From an uncultured Chloroflexia bacterium (GTDB taxonomy: Bacteria; Chloroflexota; Limnocylindria; Limnocylindrales; CSP1-4), in assembly GCA_963829295.1 (NCBI GenBank), contig CAWHHU010000003.1, positions 456,463 through 520,462 of the forward strand: a stretch of 64,000 nucleotides of DNA, given 5' to 3'. Shown one piece after another: positions 57,231 through 64,000 of this stretch; the stretch's first letter is position 1; the number at the start of each line of letters is the position of its first letter. Below the pieces are notes generated by a model, which saw only the letters and a program-made list of their open reading frames with translations, did not search any database and had not been told where the DNA came from. A program made the position numbers and the translations under genes.

Positions 57231-57533
57231 TCAGCCGAGCTCGGCCTTGCCCTCCTCGGCGCGGCCCAGCGGCAGCACGGTGTCCACGTTGGCGTGCGGC
57301 CGCGCGATCACGTGGGTCGCCACGACCTCGCCGACCTTGGCGGCGCTGCGCGCGCCCGCCTCGACGGCTGCCTTGACCGCAGCCACGTCACCGCGTACGA
57401 CCGCGGTCACGTACCCGCCCCCGGTCTTCTCGTAGGTCACCAGCTCCACCTTGGCGGCCTTGACCATCGCGTCCGCCGCCTCGACCACCGCGGCGAACCC
57501 GCGGGCCTCGATCATCCCCAGTGCCTCTGCCAT
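57231..57533 (-). CDS. BMC hexamer shell protein (EutM/PduA/CcmK-like)
   Basis: [46 protein letters not shown]. Confidence 0.96.
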   Translation of the reverse strand: MAEALGMIEARGFAAVVEAADAMVKAAKVELVTYEKTGGGYVTAVVRGDVAAVKAAVEAGARSAAKVGEVVATHVIARPHANVDTVLPLGRAEEGKAELG

Positions 57534-57601
57534 CGGACCCTCTCCGTTGCTACCTTGCTCGCGACGGCCGGGCGGCCGCCGGTTTGGTGTCTATGACCTC
57601 G

Positions 57602-58231
57602 TCATCCCTTGGCCTCGCGGCCGTCGATCGCCTCGATCGCGGCCACCGCCGCACGCCAGCCCACGTCGATGTCCCGCTCCTCGCCTCCCAGGTACACCCG
57701 GCCCATCGAGCCGAACGAGCGGACCTCGAGGATGTTGATCTCGGCGGCCTTCTCGGCCTCGTTCGCAGCCAGCGCCGCATACGCGGCCGGCTCCATCTCG
57801 AGCACGTACAGCGTCTGCCCGCCGAGCAGCATCTCGCCGTGCCGGGTGCGGTTGATGAGCTGCGCCTGGTGGGCGTCGATACGGCGGATGATCTGGCTCG
57901 ACAGGATGCGCGGCTTGATCCGGTCGCTCTCGGCCAGGCCGAGCTCGGACAGGATCGCGGCGCCGGCGGCGCGGACCTCGGCCTGAGCCGGCGAGTGGAC
58001 CTCGAGCAGGCCGAAGTAGCGCTCGATGATCTGCATCCCCGGTTTCACGGACGTCGACTTGAGCGCGATGTCGGTCAGCCGGTTGATCTCGATGCCCGGT
58101 GAGACCTCGATGTACAGCGATGCGTCGCCCGCGAGCGGCAGGAACCCCTGCGCGACGGTGCCCAGAAACGCCGCGTACTGGGCCTGGAGGTTGTCCAGGA
58201 ACACGTACGCTCGAAGGTCAATATTGGCCAC
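57602..58231 (-). CDS. Permuted, stacking BMC trimer (CcmP-like)
   Basis: [23 protein letters not shown]....[19 protein letters not shown]. Confidence 0.88.
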   Translation of the reverse strand: MANIDLRAYVFLDNLQAQYAAFLGTVAQGFLPLAGDASLYIEVSPGIEINRLTDIALKSTSVKPGMQIIERYFGLLEVHSPAQAEVRAAGAAILSELGLAESDRIKPRILSSQIIRRIDAHQAQLINRTRHGEMLLGGQTLYVLEMEPAAYAALAANEAEKAAEINILEVRSFGSMGRVYLGGEERDIDVGWRAAVAAIEAIDGREAKG

Positions 58232-59087
58232 GAGTCTCACCCTCTCCCGTCACGATCTTGACGCCGGCGGACGCTCCGATCCGGGTCGCGCCGGCGGCGA
58301 TCATCTCCTCGACATCCGACTTGGTCCGGATTCCGCCGGCGGCCTTGACCCCCATCCGCGGTCCGACGGCCTCGCGCATCAGCGCGACGTCGAACACCGT
58401 CGCGCCGCCCGATGCGTAGCCCGTGGAGGTCTTGACGAAGTCTGCCTTCGCGTCCTTCGCCAGCCGGCAGGCGATCACCTTCTCCGCGTCGGTCAGGAGC
58501 GCCGTCTCGATGATCACCTTGTTCAGCGCACCCACCTCGTGGCACGCGTCCGAGACCCGGGCGATGTCGTCCCGCACCAGCTCGAGCATGCCGGACCTGA
58601 GCGCCCCGACGTTGATCACCATGTCGATCTCGCGGGCGCCGTCCCGGATCGCCTGCCGCGCCTCGTGGGCCTTCACCTCGGGCGTCGAGGCGCCGAACGG
58701 GAAGCCGATGACCGAGGCCACCGGCACCGTTGTGCCCCGCAGGTTGCCCGCCGCGCGTGCGACCCACACCGGGTTGATGCACACGGCCGCGAACTCGTGC
58801 GCCACGGCCTCTGCGCACAACCGGTCGATGTCGGCCGCCGTGGCGTCCGGGCGGAGCAGCGTGTGGTCGATGAACCTGGCCACGTCCTTGGGCACATAGC
58901 CCGCCTCGCCCTGGTAGCTGACCCGTGAGGCGCCGCTGCTGACCACCTCCTGGACGCGGTTGAGGCAGCGGGCCGCACAGCCACCGGAGCATGACCCGCA
59001 GTCCCGGCCGTCGCCGGCGAACATCGCGAGCACCTGGTTCGTGATCGCGTCGATGAGCTGGGCGCGGTCGTCGGGCGGCGCGGTCAT
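58218..59087 (-). CDS. deoC: Deoxyribose-phosphate aldolase with N-terminal encapsulation peptide and Cys cluster
   Basis: [43 protein letters not shown]. Confidence 0.94.
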   Translation of the reverse strand: MTAPPDDRAQLIDAITNQVLAMFAGDGRDCGSCSGGCAARCLNRVQEVVSSGASRVSYQGEAGYVPKDVARFIDHTLLRPDATAADIDRLCAEAVAHEFAAVCINPVWVARAAGNLRGTTVPVASVIGFPFGASTPEVKAHEARQAIRDGAREIDMVINVGALRSGMLELVRDDIARVSDACHEVGALNKVIIETALLTDAEKVIACRLAKDAKADFVKTSTGYASGGATVFDVALMREAVGPRMGVKAAGGIRTKSDVEEMIAAGATRIGASAGVKIVTGEGETRGQY

Positions 59088-59741
59088 CTCGTGGGTTCCT
59101 CTGGCTGTGGCCGGCTATGGCGCTGTTCGATGGCGGTGATCTTGGCGACGCGCCGGCCGTGGCGTTCCGCACCCCAGGGCGTGGCGAGGAAGGTATCGAC
59201 GATCTCGAGGGCCAGGCCCTCTCCGATCATCCGCGCGCCGAGCGTCAGCACGTTGGCGTAGTTGTGCTCCCGAGCGTTGCGGGCCATCGAGGTGTCGTGC
59301 GCATTGGCGGCCCGCACGCCCGGGACCTTGTTGGCGGCCATCGCCGAGCCGATCCCGGCGCCGTCGATAACGATCCCCGATGGCGCATGCCCCCGACGCG
59401 ACGAGGCTCGCGACGACCTCGGCGAAGTCCGGATAGTCCACCGGCTCCGGTCCGCTGGTCCCGCAGTCCGTCACCTCGAAGCCCTTGTCGGTGAGCGCCT
59501 TGACCAGGACGCCCTTGAGGGCGACCCCACCGTGGTCGGCGGCGATGGCGACCGTCACCGGGCCAGCGGCCGTTGGAGGCGACGGCAGCAGGGCGGCGGT
59601 GCGAGCCGTCGCATCGGGGCTCGTCGTCACGGCAGGCCCCGGGCTCGTGCCACCCGCCTCGAGCTGCTCGAGCGCGCGCTCGACCAGCTGGCGAACCACC
59701 GCCGGCGACGGGGCCCCGGCCTGCCTTCCGTCCTGGGTCAT
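59084..59741 (-). pseudogene. rpiB: RpiB/LacAB-family sugar-phosphate isomerase with encapsulation peptide; single +1 frameshift at 59375-59378
   Basis: IAADHGG and VDYPD in one frame; GIVIDGAGIGSAMAANKVPG, HNYANVLTLG and RHGRRV in another; removing one G from GGGG restores the frame. Confidence 0.85.
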
Positions 59742-60721
59742 GACCGCGGTCCCCGGGCCAGGGCCCACTCCGCCGTCGCGGCATCGGTGACCAGGACGTT
59801 CAGGCACCGCGCCCGAAGAGCCGCCACCGTGATCGGTCCACGGCCGGGCCCCGCCGCGAGGCCCATCGCCACCCGGCCGGCGCCCAGCTCGGCGAGCGGG
59901 ATCCCGATCGTCCGATCGTCGAGATCCGGGCTCGCGATCGCCCCGTCGGGGCGGAGGAACCGCCCGACGACGTCCCCCACCGCCCCAGCAAGCCGGAGCC
60001 CGGCCAGATCCTGATCGGTCAGGTAGCCGGACTCAACCAGGACGCTGTCGGGGCCAAGAACGCCGAGACTGAAGACGGCCACCGAGGTGGCCCGAGCCGC
60101 GGACAGCGTCTCGCCCACCGAAGGGTCCGCCTCGAGGGCCCGGCGCAGCTCCCCGGAGCCCACGATGGCCGGCGCCGCCAGCAGCCTGATCTGGGCACCG
60201 GTGGTCGTCCCGAACCGCTCCGCGATCTCGGTGGCGCGGGTGGGCCGCGCGGATCGCGACGTCGCGCCGTTCAGCTGGACGATCTCGGTCGGAGACGCCC
60301 AGCCGGGTTCCAGCTGGCCGGCAAGCTCGAACATCGTCCGCCCCCAGGACACGCCGATCGAGCCCGACGGGCGCAACTCGGCGAGGTAGCCGGCAGCGGC
60401 CCTCGCCACCAGCTCCCTGGTCAGGGTCTCCGCGGCCTCCCCGGTCGTCGCCGGCGGCACGTCCACGACCACCGCCGCCTCGAGCCCGAACCGATCGCCA
60501 AGCTCACCCTCGAGCTCCGGGACACGGGCATCCGGCTGCACGATCTCGATCTGGATGATCCCGTCGCGAAGTGCCCGATCCAGCAGACGCCCGACCTGGA
60601 ACCGGCTGAGACCGAGACGATCGCCGATCTGCTGCTGGCTGAGCTGCATCCGGTAGTACATCTGCGCGACGCGAACCATCAGCCGCGCATCGGCGACACC
60701 GCCGCGGCGCGTCGTCCTCAT
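59738..60721 (-). CDS. SorC/DeoR-family sugar-binding transcriptional regulator
   Basis: VAQMYY...SQQQI..RLGLSRFQVGRLLDRA, GVSWGRT, APAIV, GDVVGRF..DG; alternative starts at 60742/60748. Confidence 0.92.
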   Translation of the reverse strand: MRTTRRGGVADARLMVRVAQMYYRMQLSQQQIGDRLGLSRFQVGRLLDRALRDGIIQIEIVQPDARVPELEGELGDRFGLEAAVVVDVPPATTGEAAETLTRELVARAAAGYLAELRPSGSIGVSWGRTMFELAGQLEPGWASPTEIVQLNGATSRSARPTRATEIAERFGTTTGAQIRLLAAPAIVGSGELRRALEADPSVGETLSAARATSVAVFSLGVLGPDSVLVESGYLTDQDLAGLRLAGAVGDVVGRFLRPDGAIASPDLDDRTIGIPLAELGAGRVAMGLAAGPGRGPITVAALRARCLNVLVTDAATAEWALARGPRS

Positions 60722-60741
60722 CGGTCCGCGAGCTTGTAGCA

Positions 60742-60775
60742 TGCTCATACGAGCAACATGATACTCATATGTGCA
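60742..60775. promoter_or_regulatory. Tandem palindromic operator sites upstream of the BMC operon
   Basis: TGCTC-ATAC-GAGCA (60742-60755) and TACTC-ATAT-GTGCA (60762-60775) in an AT-rich patch. Confidence 0.6.
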
Positions 60776-60989
60776 ATAGGTGGAGAGACTGCCCGCGCAC
60801 CCCCTGAACACGCGGCGGTGGCCACGGCTGATCGCACATCCACGCGCGGCCGACCCGGATTGCCGCCCGGTGGCATGCAGCTCCCACCGGGCCACGGGCC
60901 CTCGCCACGTTGCCCGCACACCTGCCGTCGCCTAGGATCAAGCTCTGGCCAGGGCCCAGGAAGTGCTCCATCCACCCAGAGAGCGAGGC

Positions 60990-61199
60990 ATGATCGTGTC
61001 CAGCGCGATGCACGAATGGCAGATCCGCACGCTCGACGCCGGCGGAACCGCGATGGTCGTGGCCGTGTGTTCGGCATGTGGCGTCATCCGATCGGCCGTG
61101 GTGCCATCGCCGACCATGGAGCGTGTCATCGGCCTCGGCGGCGAGTGCCCACGGCTGCCACAGCACCAGAGCGACCAGCCGCAAGCCCGCACGGATTGA
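60990..61199 (+). CDS. Small hypothetical protein with HxW/CxxC motif
   Basis: HEW...VCSACG...C; GAGG before ATG; GC-rich third positions. Confidence 0.45.
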   Translation: MIVSSAMHEWQIRTLDAGGTAMVVAVCSACGVIRSAVVPSPTMERVIGLGGECPRLPQHQSDQPQARTD

Positions 61200-61320
61200 G
61201 GGCAGCACGTCCGGTCGTCCCGACGCGGACTGGCTCGCCACGCGCAGGATCGTCCCTGCGAGCATGGTGTCGGAATGGGGCGCGTGGATGGCCCGCGCGT
61301 ACCGGTCGCCGATGGCTGCG

Positions 61321-61467
61321 CCGGACCTTGCACCACGCGCAGCGCCACCTGACCGATCGAGGCTGGCCTTCGCCGAAAGGCGGCGCGCATACTCCTGCTA
61401 GGAACGGAACCGCGCGACGAACCCGACCACAGTCAGCTCAATCATCGACCGGACCTTGCACCACGCG
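61321..61467 (+). repeat. 19-bp perfect direct repeat, 128 bp apart
   Basis: CCGGACCTTGCACCACGCG at 61321-61339 and 61449-61467. Confidence 0.9.
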
Positions 61468-61506
61468 AGGTTGCGCGATCCGTTTGCGATGCACGGAGGT
61501 TTGTCG

Positions 61507-62631
61507 ATGCGCATGCGGCGTTCCCGAGCGGGATCCGTGCCGGGCGGATTCCTACTTGCCATGGCATTCCTCGTAACGGCCTGCTCCGGGAGCGGGGCGT
61601 CGCAGCAGCCGCCAGGCTTGCCCACCCAGACAATCGCCCCGGCATCGACTGCCGCCCCCACCTCCACCCGGACCCCGGTTCCGCCGACGAGCAGCCCCTC
61701 AGCCACGCCGACCGCTGCCGCCAGCAACGAGCCGCTCTCCATGACGACACTGAGGGAGTTGACCGGGTTCGTGGAGTACGAGGTGAACGGAACCCCGGAC
61801 TGGCAGGCGGTCTCCAAGGACGCGGTCTGGGTGGCGGACGATTTTGCCCACCAGATCTACCGCATCGATCCGTCGCACAACAAGCTCACCAGCCTGGACG
61901 TCGGCTTCGGACCGTGCAACGGCATGGCCGTGGGCTTCAGCGCGCTCTGGACAGCCGACTGCTTCGGGAAGAAGCTCGTCCGCATCGGCCTCGACACCCG
62001 GAAGGTGGACGGCAGGCTTGACACCCCGATCGCCAGCGGAGGAGAGGGGCTGGTGGCTGCCGGTGAGGGCTACGTCTGGATCGTCGGCCAACCGGGGACT
62101 CTGCTCGCGGTTCATCCCAGGACCATGAAGGTCGCAGCTCGGGTCGCCGTGCCGCAGGGGGCAACGTCCGTGGCCGTCGGCCTCGGCGCCACCTGGGTCG
62201 CGGATCCAGACCAGGGGACCGTGAGCCGCGTCGATCCGGTGGCCTTCAAGGTCGTCGCGACCGTCGATGTCGGCGGCTCGCCACGCTTCCTCACCGCGGG
62301 TGAGGACGCGATCTGGGTGCTCAACCAGGCCGACGGCACGGTAGCCCGAATCGATCCGGCGACGAACCAGGTGACCGCCACCGTGGACGCCAGGTCCGGC
62401 GGTGAGGGCGGCTGCATCGCGGCCGGGGCGGGGAGCGTGTGGACCACGACCTTCGCCCGGCCGCTGACCCGCATCGACGAGGGGACCGGGACGATCGTCG
62501 ACGATTTCATCGGGGGGCAGTACGGCGACTGCCTGAGCGTCGCGTTCGACTCCGTCTGGCTGTCCAACCTGCGCTCCGGCACCATCTGGCGGCTCCCGCT
62601 CGCGGGCCTGGACGGCCTGGCCGACGGGTGA
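61507..62631 (+). CDS. Lipoprotein with P/T linker and beta-propeller (Vgb/YncE-like)
   Basis: Lipobox LVTAC; repeats of G.G..WV.......V.RIDP. Confidence 0.85.
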   Translation: MRMRRSRAGSVPGGFLLAMAFLVTACSGSGASQQPPGLPTQTIAPASTAAPTSTRTPVPPTSSPSATPTAAASNEPLSMTTLRELTGFVEYEVNGTPDWQAVSKDAVWVADDFAHQIYRIDPSHNKLTSLDVGFGPCNGMAVGFSALWTADCFGKKLVRIGLDTRKVDGRLDTPIASGGEGLVAAGEGYVWIVGQPGTLLAVHPRTMKVAARVAVPQGATSVAVGLGATWVADPDQGTVSRVDPVAFKVVATVDVGGSPRFLTAGEDAIWVLNQADGTVARIDPATNQVTATVDARSGGEGGCIAAGAGSVWTTTFARPLTRIDEGTGTIVDDFIGGQYGDCLSVAFDSVWLSNLRSGTIWRLPLAGLDGLADG

Positions 62632-62793
62632 CCTGCGGCAGGCGCGGGCAGGAGGCCTGCCGGTCGATCAGGCGTTCGGCCGCGCCTGGCCGAAGGTCCC
62701 CGAGCGGTCCCGGAAGGCCAGCTTCGTGCTCATATCGACCGTCGGTACGCCGCGATCCGCTCCCCTATCCCACGCCGGCCATGGCGCACGGGA

Positions 62794-63516
62794 TCACTGG
62801 AACTGGAGACTGTCGAGGACGGGCTGCGCCTGAGCGGCCACCGCGTCGAACTGATCGCTCGCGCCCTCGACGACAACCGCTACCAGCCGGCGACCAACCG
62901 ACAGGAAGGCAACCCGGTCCTTGGCCTTCGAGCTGAAGGTGTATCCGGTGTGGTCGCCGGCGACGAACCCAGTGATCAACTGGGTCTTGGTCGTGACGTC
63001 GAAGACCACGCCGCTCGCGCCCCCGATCGTGATCGGCTGCGGTTCGGTCAGCTTGAGCGCCCGGTTCTTGCCCATGTCCGCCTCGATAGTCGCGGGATCG
63101 GCGCCGGCCGGGACCTGCATGGTGTCCATCGTGTCGCTGATGAACACGAGGCTCACGTCGCCGACGAAGATGTAGGCAGGGCCCTTCTCCAGGTCGAACA
63201 GGCTCGGATCCCCATCCGGATCCGTGGCGGTCCAGCCATCGTCGACCGTGAACACGACGCCCGGCGTCGGGGCGACCTCGTAGGTGCCCGCTCCGAGCAC
63301 ACCCGCTGCGAACGGCTGCGGCGTCGGGGTGGGCGATGGCGTCGGGCTCGGGGTGGGCGATGGCGTCGGGCTCGAGGTGGGCGCAGCGGTTGGCGCAGCG
63401 GTTGGCGGTGCCGCCGTGGGCGCCGCCGTCGGGCTGGCACTCCCGCAGGCGGCGACCAGCAGCAAGACCCACGCGATCGCGCCGGATGATCGCAGGTCTC
63501 GCGTCAGGCTCGACAT
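62794..63516 (-). CDS. Hypothetical lipoprotein with P/T/A-rich linker
   Basis: Lipobox VAAC; PTAA/PSPT repeats; GGGAGG RBS. Confidence 0.8.
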   Translation of the reverse strand: MSSLTRDLRSSGAIAWVLLLVAACGSASPTAAPTAAPPTAAPTAAPTSSPTPSPTPSPTPSPTPTPQPFAAGVLGAGTYEVAPTPGVVFTVDDGWTATDPDGDPSLFDLEKGPAYIFVGDVSLVFISDTMDTMQVPAGADPATIEADMGKNRALKLTEPQPITIGGASGVVFDVTTKTQLITGFVAGDHTGYTFSSKAKDRVAFLSVGRRLVAVVVEGASDQFDAVAAQAQPVLDSLQFQ

Positions 63517-63796
63517 GGTGCCTCCCTCCCGGTCCTGCCCGTACCTCCCAAGGTCGGCTATTCTGACCACAATGCTTGCCCCTTGGCAACCTATTGAGGG
63601 GGCCCCCTGTCGATCGGTCAGGCGCGAGGGATGACCTCATGTTCGTGTCGCGATCGGGAGCATCGACTGTCGACGCCCGACTGAACGTGACGCAGGGTGC
63701 GCGTCCTGGCCGACCGACGGTCGGTGTGGTCGGACGATGCGCTTCGCCGAAGATCTGCGAGCCGTCGGGGGTCGAATGCGGGTGCAGCGCCAAACG

Positions 63797-63822
63797 AAAG
63801 CCCCTCCGTCCGGAGGGGCTTT
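63797..63822 (-). terminator. Intrinsic terminator downstream of tRNA-Pro
   Basis: AAAGCCCCTCCG-TC-CGGAGGGGCTTT hairpin with A/T flanks. Confidence 0.85.
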
Positions 63823-63838
63823 ATCGTTCTCGGATCGA

Positions 63839-63915
63839 TGGTCGGGGCGGAGCGATTCGAACGCTCGACCTCCTGAACCCCATTCAGGTGCGCTACCAGG
63901 CTGCGCCACGCCCCG
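63839..63915 (-). tRNA. tRNA-Pro(GGG)
   Basis: 77-nt cloverleaf CGGGGCG...CGCCCCGACCA; anticodon loop ATGGGGT; TTCGAAT T-loop. Confidence 0.96.
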
Positions 63916-64000
63916 ACGGGCGCGAGTCTATCACTGCCGCCCGGCGACTCCCCGGCCTGCTACTCGACCCCCGGCCAGGTACTCGACCCTCAGCCTGCCC

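Noticed and set aside
63300-63440. Tandem repeats in the lipoprotein gene
   Set aside because: Ordinary Pro/Thr/Ala linker of a lipoprotein
60800-63838. Integrated island at tRNA-Pro(GGG)
   Set aside because: No duplicate of the tRNA-Pro 3' end and no integrase found in the window, and a normal terminator follows the tRNA

Overview
High-GC bacterial chromosome segment. The gene set and style suggest Chloroflexota (Limnocylindria-like) or another high-GC lineage; this is inference only. Left to right: (1) the tail of a purine/Se-metabolism-type cluster (SsnA-like amidohydrolase, shortened YgfK-like Fe-S protein, stand-alone corrinoid protein); (2) a surface-glycan cluster (GT2, GT4, flippase, methyltransferase, two NodB-type deacetylases, and a 1239-aa GT2-GT4-kinase fusion) bordered by a decayed epimerase; (3) a mobile-element hotspot with an intact IS1634 (14-bp TIR, 6-bp TSD), a 3066-bp TG...CA three-gene transposon (Zn-finger/HTH protein, DDE transposase, ExeA-type AAA ATPase; 5-bp TSD) that splits an HTH-TPR regulator, and an ~0.9-kb att-flanked serine-recombinase remnant at tRNA-Arg(CCT); (4) housekeeping and accessory genes (PG-binding/TPR protein, globin, Grx-CcdA-TlpA, degenerate GGDEF, DinB, a MITE-like element, nrdR-dcd-MBL operon with tandem NrdR boxes, ETF/acyl-CoA dehydrogenase, PadR-ABC, FadF-like Fe-S protein, Moco genes, site-2 protease, Lit-like protein, PLP decarboxylase, two-component system, glutamate dehydrogenase); (5) a complete DeoC/RpiB/aldehyde-dehydrogenase bacterial microcompartment operon (sugar-phosphate-utilisation type) under a SorC/DeoR regulator, with a frameshifted RpiB; (6) two lipoproteins and tRNA-Pro(GGG). 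I saw no CRISPR array or rRNA. Family assignments come from motif recognition by eye, not database searches.
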